From the NCBI GenBank assembly GCA_048885925.1, contig JBHLLG010000001.1:3105-67104 (forward strand): a DNA stretch of 64,000 nt. The letters run 5' to 3'. Shown one piece after another: positions 37,934-48,299 of this stretch (its first letter is position 1; each line of letters starts with the position of its first letter). The notes under the pieces were generated by a model, which had not been told where the DNA came from, did no database searches, and saw only the letters and a list, made by a program, of their open reading frames with translations. The DNA comes from Candidatus Hermodarchaeota archaeon. GTDB taxonomy: Archaea; Asgardarchaeota; Lokiarchaeia; Sigyniarchaeales; SOKP01. A program made the position numbers and the translations under genes.

Positions 37934-39340
37934 ATGGAAAGATTTTTATTTGTACTAGGATCCAATTGGCAATTATCTTTAGCAGAATTAGATAATTATT
38001 TAAAATATTCTCAAAATAAGGGAAAGATAATAGATTATTCTGCTAATATAGCAATAGTAGAATTTGAAAAATTGCATTTGAATAAATATTATGTTAATAA
38101 ACTTATGGAAATTCAATTTATTTTAGGTGGATGTCAAAAAATTGCACGAATTCATGATTTTATTGATAACAATACTATCCAAGAAGCATTTCCAGCTGAA
38201 ATTCACCAATTTAAATATGTGAAACGTACGAGAGAGAAGATTTTGAGTATTTTAGATAATGCTCTCGTTGGAGAAGAGAAGATCTTTCCAAATGTTTTTG
38301 AAAGTATGTTTTATGCTGTTTCTATATACCCCAATCTTTATGATGATAAATATTACACTGAAATTTTAGTAAAGCATTTTTTATCATTTTTAAATAAAGA
38401 GATAATGGAATTACTTATGCAAAGGGGAGCAAAAAAAGCATTATATTATCAATATCCTGAAGAAAATATAAAATCAGGATACTTAAATCCAATCTTTCCT
38501 CATCATATAATTACATATGACCTATTAAAAGAAAATAGAGCAGAAATTATCTTTGGTTTTACAGAGGAAGGAGTATACATTGCTAGAACATTCACTACAG
38601 ATGATCCAAATTTTAAGAAGCAAATTGATGAAGAAAGACCATTTAAAGAATTTAAAAGTGCTATTTCACCAAAATTATCACAGATAATGTTAAATTTTTT
38701 AAACTTATTTGAGAATAGAGAGAATAAAAAAATCCTTGATCCATTTGTTGGGAATGGTACTATCATACTATTTGCTCTAGTCCAAGATTTCCAAATTTAT
38801 GCAACTGATATTGATGAAATTAAAGTTCAGAACACAATACGTAACATAAATTGGCTACAAAATTTATTAGAAGAAGAAATACCTCCACTTATAAATAAAA
38901 GAATAATTAAACATGATGCAAGAAATTTATCTCGTATGTTTGAAGATTATTTTTTTGATGGAATTTGCACTGAACCTGATTTAGGTCCTTTTTTCACGGA
39001 AAAACCCTATTATATTCAGGCTAAAGAATTAATAGATACAAAATTAGAGCCATTATACGATGAATTCTTCAGAGAGGCTTATAAAATTCTAAAACCAAAT
39101 AGTAGAATAACATTTATATCTCCGATTATTAGCATAGTAGATGGAAACGATATTCAGGTAAATATTGAGAAATTAGCTTTAAAAAATAAATTGAAAATTG
39201 TTCCATTTTTGGATCTCAATAGAATTGTCAACAAATCTAATCAAAAACTAAAATTTCGTAAACAAAACGTAAAAACGATGATTGATGCGAAAAAGGAGCA
39301 GATTATAAAGAGAAAATTATATATTTTAGAAAAAAAATGA
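37934..39340 (+). CDS. Trm11/TrmG10-like RNA methyltransferase
   Basis: LSLAEL, RPF....ISPKLS..MLN, LDPFVGNGT, DAR and TEPDLG motifs. Confidence 0.8.
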   Translation: MERFLFVLGSNWQLSLAELDNYLKYSQNKGKIIDYSANIAIVEFEKLHLNKYYVNKLMEIQFILGGCQKIARIHDFIDNNTIQEAFPAEIHQFKYVKRTREKILSILDNALVGEEKIFPNVFESMFYAVSIYPNLYDDKYYTEILVKHFLSFLNKEIMELLMQRGAKKALYYQYPEENIKSGYLNPIFPHHIITYDLLKENRAEIIFGFTEEGVYIARTFTTDDPNFKKQIDEERPFKEFKSAISPKLSQIMLNFLNLFENRENKKILDPFVGNGTIILFALVQDFQIYATDIDEIKVQNTIRNINWLQNLLEEEIPPLINKRIIKHDARNLSRMFEDYFFDGICTEPDLGPFFTEKPYYIQAKELIDTKLEPLYDEFFREAYKILKPNSRITFISPIISIVDGNDIQVNIEKLALKNKLKIVPFLDLNRIVNKSNQKLKFRKQNVKTMIDAKKEQIIKRKLYILEKK

Positions 39341-39343
39341 AAC

Positions 39344-40021
39344 ATGACGAATTACAAAGAATTATTAGATAAAATTGAAACTCAATTGGAGGGAGAAGCT
39401 CACTTAGACGAATTAGCAAGGGAAAAGCAGGATCCTTTTAAAATTCTAATATCTACAATATTATCAGCAAGAACCAGAGATGCAAATACAAGAATTGCAA
39501 CTGATAGATTATTTTCTAAATATAGAACTCTGAAATCCATTGCTGAAGCAGATGTTGAAGAAATTGAACAACTCATCAAATCTTCGGGATTCTATAAGGT
39601 TAAAGCTTCGCGTATAATAGAAGTATCAAAGCAATTAATTGAAAAATATAATAGTAAAGTTCCCGATCAATATGAAGATTTGGTAAATCTACCAGGTGTT
39701 GGAAGTAAAACTGCAAATTGTGTATTGGTTTATGCTTTTAAAGTGCCAGCAATACCCGTAGATACACATGTGCATAGAATATCGAATAGATTAAGATGGG
39801 TGAAATCGAAAAGTCCACTACAAACAGAAAAAGCATTAAAAGAGAAAATCCCGAAGGAACTTTGGTTACAAATAAATAGGTTATTTGTTACATTCGGACA
39901 ACAAATTTGTTTGCCGATTCGGCCAAAATGTGATACTTGTATAATTGCAGAGACTTGTCCGAAGGACTTTTCTATGGAATTAACAATTAAAAATAAAAAA
40001 AAAAAAGGAAAATTAGCCTAA
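39344..40021 (+). CDS. nth: Endonuclease III
   Basis: DPFKILISTILS, LPGVGSKTA, VDTHVHR and C-x6-C-x2-C-x5-C motifs. Confidence 0.95.
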   Translation: MTNYKELLDKIETQLEGEAHLDELAREKQDPFKILISTILSARTRDANTRIATDRLFSKYRTLKSIAEADVEEIEQLIKSSGFYKVKASRIIEVSKQLIEKYNSKVPDQYEDLVNLPGVGSKTANCVLVYAFKVPAIPVDTHVHRISNRLRWVKSKSPLQTEKALKEKIPKELWLQINRLFVTFGQQICLPIRPKCDTCIIAETCPKDFSMELTIKNKKKKGKLA

Positions 40022-40065
40022 TTGCTTTAATAAAATCCTATTTGAATCTTTTTTTCAAAACTATT

Positions 40066-40653
40066 TCAATAAGTAAGTCTATGTTTTCTTTTGTGAATAT
40101 AGAAGATATAACCGAAAAAAAATCCACCTAATAAACCAAATATATGAGCCCAATAATTAATACCGGGCATAAATGATGTAATTATAAAAAAAGCTAAATA
40201 AAATAGCGAAAAAAGTAAAAGAGGGGGATAATCAGTAGCTATAATTAAAAAGGCTACTCCAATTAAGCCAAAAATAGCTCCAGAAGCACCTAAACTAATA
40301 GTGTCTAATGGGAGAAGTAATAATGTAAATAGATTACCAATTAAACCAGATAAAAAATAGATTAGTAAAAATTGTATTTTTGAAATATCATGATTATTTT
40401 CCACTGTAGCTCCAAATAGTAAAAGTGCAATCATATTTGAAAATATATGAATGGGATCAAAATGAATAAAAAGAGATGTAATAAGCCTCCAAATTTCATA
40501 TTTATATATAATATTTCTATTAATTTGCACAAATAAAAAGAAAGCATCATCAGGCAGAATAAAAGTGAACAAAAAAAAACACATTACATTAATAAAGATT
40601 AAAGTTAACGTAACTTTAGCATCTTTTAGATCTTCAATATTTAAAACCATCAT
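40066..40653 (-). CDS. Rhomboid intramembrane serine protease
   Basis: WRLITSLFIH, HIFSNM, GASG and AHIFG motifs. Confidence 0.95.
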   Translation of the reverse strand: MMVLNIEDLKDAKVTLTLIFINVMCFFLFTFILPDDAFFLFVQINRNIIYKYEIWRLITSLFIHFDPIHIFSNMIALLLFGATVENNHDISKIQFLLIYFLSGLIGNLFTLLLLPLDTISLGASGAIFGLIGVAFLIIATDYPPLLLFSLFYLAFFIITSFMPGINYWAHIFGLLGGFFFGYIFYIHKRKHRLTY

Positions 40654-40749
40654 ATGAGAAGTTCTTTATTGAAATAATTAATAATTATTATAATAAAGTA
40701 TAATAAGATGTTTTTATATTATTTTGTTAACAAAAAAAGTTGATATAGT

Positions 40750-41973
40750 TTGGACAGAAACGAAAGATTTCAAGAAAAATTAAGATTAAAAAAAAAGAGG
40801 TTAATAGATGCCTTAATTTTAAATGAAATCTTAAAAGATAAACGATTAATAGAAGCTTTTATGGATGTTCCCTTAGAGAAATTTATTCCAGAGAAGCTTA
40901 TAAATTATGTAAAACTATATGAAGATGTACCTAATTTATTTTATTATGATGAGCAGAATCCTCATAATTATAGAACTATTTCTGCCCCCCATATGATAAC
41001 TATAATGCTTCAAGGTCTTAGCTTAAACGAGAATGACGATTTATTAATTTTAGGGGCAAAAAGTGGTTACATTGCTGCTTTAGCGCGTAAGTTAACATCT
41101 AAGGGAGAAATAGTAATAATAGAAGCAAATTCAGACATAGCGAAAATAACGTTGGATAATTTAAAGAATCTAAGATTAGATGAAAATATTTCTATTATTG
41201 TTAAAAATCCTCTTGATGGGATGACAGAATTAAGCCCATGGCAGAAAATTTTGGTAACTGGTGCAATCGAAGAATCAAAAATTCATCCCCTATTACTGCA
41301 ACTTGATGAAAATGGAGGAGTTCTATTTGCTCCTATTGGGCAAGAATATATCCAAATGTATACTCAGATCTTAAGACAAGATAATGAGTTTTTTGGAAAG
41401 AAACAATTACAAGTAAAATTTTCTCCGTTAATTACACAAATTGAACTGAATGAACTAGAATTAATTACTGATATCGATGAGTTAGGGAGTATAGAGATCT
41501 CTAATCAAAATGAAAAATCTTTGAACAATTTTGCAAGAAGAATCAATATAAAATATACTTCAAATATACTTGATGATCTAGGTTCAGAATCACATTTTGA
41601 ATTAGATTCTATAGATAAAAAACAACAAGAATTAGTATTAGCATATTTGATGAGTATTGAACTGCTCTTTAAAAATTTGAAAAAAGAGGAAAATATTAAT
41701 AAGTGTTTTTCAATCGTAGAAAGTATTGAAACTAAACTTGATGATCTAAAAAAATATAAGAAATTATTTCAAATTAAGATAAAAAGAATGCAAAATATAT
41801 TAAATCAAATAAGATCGTATAATATTATAAGGAAAGAATTAGAAAAAAAGAATGTATCGGACACAGAGATTATTGAAAAAAAAATTGAAATAATTAATAA
41901 ACAAATTGAACAGGTAAATATTTTTTTAGATATTCTCAAAGAAGATATAATTCGAGTTAAAAGTTTATATTGA
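40750..41973 (+). CDS. Protein-L-isoaspartate O-methyltransferase-like domain plus ~180-aa coiled-coil extension
   Basis: AFMDVPLEKFIP, TISAPHM, GAKSGY, PWQKILVTGA, QL..GGVL.APIG and VKFSPL motifs. Confidence 0.8.
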   Translation: MDRNERFQEKLRLKKKRLIDALILNEILKDKRLIEAFMDVPLEKFIPEKLINYVKLYEDVPNLFYYDEQNPHNYRTISAPHMITIMLQGLSLNENDDLLILGAKSGYIAALARKLTSKGEIVIIEANSDIAKITLDNLKNLRLDENISIIVKNPLDGMTELSPWQKILVTGAIEESKIHPLLLQLDENGGVLFAPIGQEYIQMYTQILRQDNEFFGKKQLQVKFSPLITQIELNELELITDIDELGSIEISNQNEKSLNNFARRINIKYTSNILDDLGSESHFELDSIDKKQQELVLAYLMSIELLFKNLKKEENINKCFSIVESIETKLDDLKKYKKLFQIKIKRMQNILNQIRSYNIIRKELEKKNVSDTEIIEKKIEIINKQIEQVNIFLDILKEDIIRVKSLY

Positions 41974-42008
41974 AAACCCTTGATTTTACTTTTGATTTAA
42001 TCTTATTT

Positions 42009-42527
42009 TTAACGATTAAGAAAGCTTAATACAGCTTTCATGAAATCAGGCAAATCGCTCGGCATACGTGATGTAATCAAATTATTGTCTATTACAACTG
42101 GGGAATCCTCAAAAATAGCCCCTGCATTTACCATATCATCTTTTATAGCAAAATAACTTGTTGCCTTTCGATTATCTATGATTTTAGCTGATATTAAAAC
42201 CCATCCAGCATGACAGATAGCTCCAACTAATTTTCCTTTTTCATTAATTTTAGCTACAAAATTCAAGATATCTTTTTCTCTTCTTAGATAATCTGGATTT
42301 TTTGTGCCTCCAGGAATAATAACACCATCATAATCATTAGGGTTTGCTTCTCTTATCAGCTTATCAGGTTTAATAGGATATCCGTGTTTTCCTATTATTT
42401 CTCTCCTGTGTAAACTAATTAGTTCAGTTTCATATCCCGCTTCAATTAATCTAAGTCGGGGATAGTGAAGTTCTAAATCCTCATATCCATCAGTTGCAAC
42501 AATAGCTATTCTTTTCTTCATTTTCAA
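42009..42527 (-). CDS. pfpI: PfpI/DJ-1 family intracellular protease/deglycase
   Basis: YEDLEL, IIPGG, AICHAG and ITSR.P.DL motifs; GGAGGT RBS. Confidence 0.93.
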   Translation of the reverse strand: MKMKKRIAIVATDGYEDLELHYPRLRLIEAGYETELISLHRREIIGKHGYPIKPDKLIREANPNDYDGVIIPGGTKNPDYLRREKDILNFVAKINEKGKLVGAICHAGWVLISAKIIDNRKATSYFAIKDDMVNAGAIFEDSPVVIDNNLITSRMPSDLPDFMKAVLSFLNR

Positions 42528-42654
42528 ATACCTCCTTAACTTATTTTAATAATCTTTGATAATTTTGAATTTATTAACAGATTCACTTTTATATTAGAGA
42601 GTTTTCCCTTTTTATTTTATAGGTTATAGAATATTTATGAATTTAATAATAGCT

Positions 42655-43293
42655 CTAATTCATATTTAAAAAGCCCACATACACAATAACAATAGTTATA
42701 ATTATTAAAAGAATATTTAGTGGAGTTGGTATAATACGATTTGGAGCTTTTTCTTTATAATCTTCATATTTTTTACCATATTTCGGAATTAACATTAATT
42801 TTTCTTCAATTATAGCATTTATTTCTAAGATGATGAACATTAAGGGGCTAAGTATCAATGATATTAATGAATCTGAGATAATGGCTGCTCCTAAGAAAAT
42901 AATCCCCCAAGCTGAATACCTAGGATGTCTTATTAACCTAAAAATTCCATGAGTAATTAATTTAGAGTTGTTGGCGTCTGTAGGTTTAACCCTATACATT
43001 TGTCTTGCTCTTTTAGAAAAGTTTATACCGACAATTATGAATAAAATTCCAAGTAATGTAAAATAGATCCAATAATCTTGAAAATAACTATAATTATTAG
43101 GAAAAAATAATCGTAAAAAGCTTGAATTAATAATGGGTATTGGAACTATGGATAATGTCCATATTATTGGAAATAGTTTATTGAATAGTCTTACTATTTT
43201 TATTTCTTTGTTTTTTATTCTGAGAAATAACAGCCAATATACAATAAGATTGATCATGAAGATCAAGAATAAAATGATACTTATTGCTAACAT
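42655..43293 (-). CDS. Isoprenylcysteine carboxyl methyltransferase/PEMT family membrane protein
   Basis: LITHGIFRLIRHPRY and EEK.L...YGKKYEDYK motifs. Confidence 0.88.
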   Translation of the reverse strand: MLAISIILFLIFMINLIVYWLLFLRIKNKEIKIVRLFNKLFPIIWTLSIVPIPIINSSFLRLFFPNNYSYFQDYWIYFTLLGILFIIVGINFSKRARQMYRVKPTDANNSKLITHGIFRLIRHPRYSAWGIIFLGAAIISDSLISLILSPLMFIILEINAIIEEKLMLIPKYGKKYEDYKEKAPNRIIPTPLNILLIIITIVIVYVGFLNMN

Positions 43294-43367
43294 TTTATTA
43301 ATTGAAGGGAAATTAAAACTATTATAATGAATCTTTAATAGATTTTATAATTTCTGGTCTTTAGTTA

Positions 43368-44444
43368 TCAATATTTTCCATATTTATTTACAGCTTTCAT
43401 GAAAGTTCTTACATTTTTAAGCGGTATCTCCTTAAAAATTACTGTGCTTGGGCCGATAATAAAATGTTTATTTTCCTTTAAAATATTCATGAGTTCTTTT
43501 ACATGACTTTCAACTTGCTCTTTATTTCCATAAGGAAGGATATAACTAACATCCCCAAATCCAATAATCACAAAATCGGGAAAATTATCATTAATATATT
43601 TAGGATCAGCACCTCCCTCCCAACCTTGCAAACCTTGAAAGCCTGCCTGCTGAAAAGAAGAAATTAATTCTGTTGGATCACCATCAGTATGGATCTGAGG
43701 AATCATATTAGAATCCCGGATGATTGAATTAATTTCCTTATAATAAGGTAAAAAATCTTGGTTCCATCTATCTTTTGATATCATGGATCTCCCCTTAAAA
43801 GCAACATCATCTAATATTGTAACAACTTTTCCTCTTTCTCCTGTAGCATCTATTAAACCTTCAATATTTAACTTTGTTAATTCAGCATAGAACTTAATTA
43901 ATTTTTTGTAAAGTGGAGTATTTTTCCGAAAATTTCGACTGAAATTAGCCATTCCCATCCCCTTCCATACCCTATCAAATATACCGTCTATTGTTAATAC
44001 TGGAAAAATAAATGGAGCTAACTCTTCATACTGCTTTATAATCTTTTTTATATTTTTGCTATTATCAATTTGTTTTAAGTTTGCCCATAGTTGATTTAAT
44101 ATTTCAATGGAATCGATATATCCTCCTTCATAATAACTTGATTTATGTTTTATTGATTGCCCATTTTCCTTAATTGAAACCAATTTTCTGTTATCCTCAT
44201 AAATCTTAATCAGTTTAATTTTGAAACTTGATGGAAAGGGAGCAAAGACTGAGTCAAATCCTAATATGAAAGGTATATCAAAATATGGATTATTGAGCAA
44301 TAAGCCATTATAATTAAGTAAAATTTTCTCTTTATATTTTAAAATAAATTCATCTCTTATATATTGGACATGAGTTGGAACTTCTTCCAACATTTTTCTC
44401 ATTTTATAGTCAAAAACTGCCAGATATCGATCTCTAGCATTCAT
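43368..44444 (-). CDS. Uroporphyrinogen decarboxylase family protein
   Basis: MNARDRYL, DDVAFK, HTDG, LPYG..EQV and IPLKNV motifs. Confidence 0.85.
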   Translation of the reverse strand: MNARDRYLAVFDYKMRKMLEEVPTHVQYIRDEFILKYKEKILLNYNGLLLNNPYFDIPFILGFDSVFAPFPSSFKIKLIKIYEDNRKLVSIKENGQSIKHKSSYYEGGYIDSIEILNQLWANLKQIDNSKNIKKIIKQYEELAPFIFPVLTIDGIFDRVWKGMGMANFSRNFRKNTPLYKKLIKFYAELTKLNIEGLIDATGERGKVVTILDDVAFKGRSMISKDRWNQDFLPYYKEINSIIRDSNMIPQIHTDGDPTELISSFQQAGFQGLQGWEGGADPKYINDNFPDFVIIGFGDVSYILPYGNKEQVESHVKELMNILKENKHFIIGPSTVIFKEIPLKNVRTFMKAVNKYGKY

Positions 44445-44555
44445 TATTTTGTTTAATAGTTTAATTTTAATCTCTTTTTGTTAAATTCAATAATTATTTC
44501 GGATTAACATACATTTAAAACTTAAGTCTTAATTTAAGAATATTATACAAAGATA

Positions 44556-44927
44556 ATGATGTTTAAAATGGAAGAGGAAGAAGAAGGAAATAAATTAAGC
44601 AAGCAAGAACTAGAGTTATTCTATGAAGTGTTGTTTAAAAGGATACTGGACATAATGAAAAAACCAGAAATGGAACAAGACCCTTTTGGAGAAATGATAA
44701 ATAGACTTTCTGTATTATCGGGGATCTTTAGTTTTAGAGCTATGACTTCTTTGATTCCTGAGTTAATCGCAGCTGCTGTAAAGTATGGAATGATGATCGA
44801 ACAAGCATATGAAGAAGAACAATTAAATTTAGATGAAGATATACAAGGTTTTGATGAAGAGGGAGGGATACGAAAACGTATTTCTAAAATTCAGGAAGAT
44901 GTTGATAAATTAAATATTTATTTATAG
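44556..44927 (+). CDS. Acidic helical hypothetical protein
   Basis: 123-aa ORF with protein-like composition filling the gap. Confidence 0.75.
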   Translation: MMFKMEEEEEGNKLSKQELELFYEVLFKRILDIMKKPEMEQDPFGEMINRLSVLSGIFSFRAMTSLIPELIAAAVKYGMMIEQAYEEEQLNLDEDIQGFDEEGGIRKRISKIQEDVDKLNIYL

Positions 44928-45026
44928 AACTAAATTTCACTTAGGTAATTTTTTTTATTTTCTAATAATGGACTAGTTCTAATAAAAAGGAAAAAAATGA
45001 ATTAGTTTTAAATAAATATATAAAAA

Positions 45027-47144
45027 TTACTGATATTTGCTTTTAAAATCCTTTAATTTGTTCATTACTTGATCATATAAGGGGCCAACAATGATCTTTT
45101 CTCCAAGAGCTTTTAACTCTTTTGCGTAGGCTAAAATTTGGTGAAGAACTGGTCCAGGTGGAAATTGATCTCTTTTACTTTCTAACAAATTTCCTAAAAC
45201 TTCACTTTTTGGAGCTCGATCAACAACCTTATATAAATCAATAAATAAATCATGTAATTTTCCTGCTTGAGAACTAGCAACGTGAGCTTTTGGAACCTCT
45301 GTACTAGTAGAGGCGCCTCCAGACATACCTGTTGCTTCAGAACTTCCTCGACCTAGAACCAGAACTTGGGGTTCAGACCTAGGATAATCACCAGTACCAG
45401 AACAATTATAGTTAATACTTATTGAAGAACCTCCTTTTACTTCTGGAATTTTTATCTGTAATTCAGATTCATCACCTGTTTGTATAACTTCATGTGTTGC
45501 CCTTGGAGGTGGAGTAAATTCTGTTAAACTAAATCCAGAAGGTATGAGATCTTTAACAATTAAATTTTCTAATTCCACATCTCCTTTGTTTTCTACTCTA
45601 ACAGAAATGCTGAATTCACCTTCATTCAGTCCTGGTTTAATACTTTTAAGTGTTTTAAGTTTACGTTTTACATATCTAACCTTTAACTCAGGCTCTACTT
45701 CTGAAACTCTTCGAAGAGATTTACCTTCTATAGGGCTGTTAATTTCTATTTTCAATGGTGTCATATATTGAGTTTCTGAGGGTGGACGTGGATTTCTTGC
45801 CAATAAGGGATATGAAACAATCAGCTTTTTATTAGGAAGAAATTCATTTGAAAGATTAAATAACTCAACATAAATCTTATGCATTTTAGAGAAATCTTGA
45901 TCACCCGGATCTATTAGTATTTTTTGAATATATTCATTTCTAGAACTTATATCAGCTTCTCCTAAATTGATTTTAATTTCCTTAACTAATGGAGGTACAA
46001 AATCAGCTGGAATTTCATCTAATAAAAAGCATTTTTCAATATTAGAAGACCCATTGTTTAGAATATTATTTGTTATTGTCATTTTTGTATTAGCATAGGC
46101 ATCTACTTCTGCAGGATCTATTAACTTTTCAACAGAAGCACTTAAAACAGTGTATAGAGAAGATTCTTTCGTTATTTCACCTACAACTCTTGGAATTATA
46201 ACATATAATGGTGTAAATCCAATTTCAGAGCTCAATTCTGGAATATCTTTTGCTTCTACCTGAAAACTAAAATACCATGAGTCCTCTGGATTTAAAACCC
46301 TATCAGGAGTCTGGGAAACTACCGTTTCAGTACCAGTTGTAATTTTTTGTGAGACTTTTATATCTTCAAGCTTTACTTGAAATTCAGACTCGTTAATAAA
46401 TTCAATATTACAATCCCACATTCCTGGTTGAGATCCTTCATCTCGATCGATCCCACTCATAGAATCTGTGTCTCCACGAACTTCTGGATTTATCATGGTT
46501 AATTTATAATTATTAATCATATAAGTCACATTTAAAATACCAAGTGCTTGTTCACTCCTTTCTTTTATATTAACCGTAAAATAGATTTCTAATTCAGCCT
46601 TATTGTTTCCCTCTAATGAAGTAACATCCCAAGATAAAATTCTTTTTCCTTCCTCTTCTTTCAATGTGGCTTCACCTAAGCTAGGTTTTCGGAACTCGAT
46701 TTCTTGAATAAATTTAGGTATCTCCCTAGTTACTTTAATATCTAAAATAGGTAAATTTAAAGGATTATTTAGAACAATTTTTAGGCTACATTTATTATCG
46801 CTTTGAAAATGGAATGTATTATTTACTATTCCAGGGAGAGAAACATCCGTATCAAAGATTTCTTCGATATTTAAACTTGGTCCTTTTAAATCTTTAATTT
46901 CATATTCTTGTATAAATTCTTGAGTAGGATTTAGAGCTCCAACAGTTAATTCTTTTGTCCCGATAGATGTATTCACAGTTTCTTTAAGATTACAAATCAA
47001 ATTCCATAGTCTACTTCTCTGTGAAGGATTTTTTATGACTAATTTTCCATTTCCAGTAATATTTTTTAAATTCGATAAACCATCTAGAATTATTTTTTCA
47101 TAGTCTGTGATATCTACAACTATATTTTGCAACATTGTTATCAA
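45027..47144 (-). CDS. Cytoplasmic multi-beta-sandwich protein with putative N-terminal mu-homology-like domain and C-terminal helical bundle
   Basis: 705-aa ORF, no signal peptide or TM; repeated N.G...L.N....D.IP Ig-like motifs; start may be the ATG at 47135. Confidence 0.8.
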   Translation of the reverse strand: MITMLQNIVVDITDYEKIILDGLSNLKNITGNGKLVIKNPSQRSRLWNLICNLKETVNTSIGTKELTVGALNPTQEFIQEYEIKDLKGPSLNIEEIFDTDVSLPGIVNNTFHFQSDNKCSLKIVLNNPLNLPILDIKVTREIPKFIQEIEFRKPSLGEATLKEEEGKRILSWDVTSLEGNNKAELEIYFTVNIKERSEQALGILNVTYMINNYKLTMINPEVRGDTDSMSGIDRDEGSQPGMWDCNIEFINESEFQVKLEDIKVSQKITTGTETVVSQTPDRVLNPEDSWYFSFQVEAKDIPELSSEIGFTPLYVIIPRVVGEITKESSLYTVLSASVEKLIDPAEVDAYANTKMTITNNILNNGSSNIEKCFLLDEIPADFVPPLVKEIKINLGEADISSRNEYIQKILIDPGDQDFSKMHKIYVELFNLSNEFLPNKKLIVSYPLLARNPRPPSETQYMTPLKIEINSPIEGKSLRRVSEVEPELKVRYVKRKLKTLKSIKPGLNEGEFSISVRVENKGDVELENLIVKDLIPSGFSLTEFTPPPRATHEVIQTGDESELQIKIPEVKGGSSISINYNCSGTGDYPRSEPQVLVLGRGSSEATGMSGGASTSTEVPKAHVASSQAGKLHDLFIDLYKVVDRAPKSEVLGNLLESKRDQFPPGPVLHQILAYAKELKALGEKIIVGPLYDQVMNKLKDFKSKYQ

Positions 47145-47170
47145 TTTTTTTTAATTCTTAATAAATTTAG

Positions 47171-47262
47171 TTTATATAAAATTTGTTATAACAAATTTTT
47201 TCTAAATAATAAAAAAATAATAAAGTGGATATTTAAATATCTTTTTAGATAAAAAGATATTT
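47171..47262. promoter_or_regulatory. Divergent promoter region with TATA box and perfect inverted repeats
   Basis: TTTATATAAA at 47171-47180; 22-bp palindrome AAAATTTGTTATAACAAATTTT at 47178-47199; 12-bp arms at 47235-47246 and 47251-47262. Confidence 0.5.
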
Positions 47263-47331
47263 TAAATACAATTCTTAAATGATAATCAATTTGACCAATA
47301 AAGATTAGGGATATCATAAAATAAAATAATT

Positions 47332-48144
47332 GTGGTTAAAATAAGATTTTGGAATATTGTAGAAAATTATAATAATTTAATGAGTTCTGCAATCGAGGGA
47401 CCAAATTGTAAAATTGTTTGTAATGGTGATTGCTGTTCAATTACAATCGATGTCCCCAAAATTTTAGCAAAAGAATACATTAAACGAGGATTTGCTACCA
47501 AGGATGATTTCATAAGAAGTAATGTTTTTAGTTTTAAATTAAGATTCGACGAAAATAAACGAAAATGTTTCCTATTTGATAAATCTATTAATGGATGTAT
47601 AGTTCATAATTCAGGTATCAAACCTCCACAATGTTGGATTTATCCTACTAATTTTTCAAATCCAGAAAATAAGGATATAAGTTGTAAAAAAGTTAATGGT
47701 TGGAAAATAATAGATACACAAAAAACTAAAGAAGCTGAAAAATTATTAAACTACTATGTTTTTTTATGCCAGCTCGAGGCCAAAAAAGAAATCAAACAGG
47801 TTCAGAATAGATTATCGATAAGCATATTTGAAAATTCTTTAAAAACGATATTAAAAAGCACTATTCCTCATCAATTGGCTGGATTTAAAGATACATGGGA
47901 TAGGATAACAATTCTCTTAGCACAAGGTATATCCTTACAAATAGAAAAATTTTGTAAAAAATATAATAAAACATGCGATTATATTAAGAATCATAACTTT
48001 TTAGATTGTCAATCCATTTGTGAAAAAGTATCACAAGGATTATTAGAATTTCTAGAACAAAAATTATATAAATATATACAAAAACATCCAAATGGTGAAG
48101 GAGAATATCCCTTATTTAAATTAGATGAATTAGATCATAGCTAA
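47332..48144 (+). CDS. YkgJ-like Cys-cluster (zinc/iron-chelating) protein
   Basis: CxxxCxxxCC, C.LFD....C.VH and KPPQCWIYP motifs. Confidence 0.85.
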   Translation: MVKIRFWNIVENYNNLMSSAIEGPNCKIVCNGDCCSITIDVPKILAKEYIKRGFATKDDFIRSNVFSFKLRFDENKRKCFLFDKSINGCIVHNSGIKPPQCWIYPTNFSNPENKDISCKKVNGWKIIDTQKTKEAEKLLNYYVFLCQLEAKKEIKQVQNRLSISIFENSLKTILKSTIPHQLAGFKDTWDRITILLAQGISLQIEKFCKKYNKTCDYIKNHNFLDCQSICEKVSQGLLEFLEQKLYKYIQKHPNGEGEYPLFKLDELDHS

Positions 48145-48299
48145 TTAATATTTTTTTATTCAAATTAGGAAATAATTATTTTTATTTAAAGTTTTATTGA
48201 TTTTATAAAAGAAGATATAATGCGTATTCTCTACGTAATATACCAGCTTAAATAATATTTGGATCATTATTCAAATAATATTCAAATAATATCACCCCT

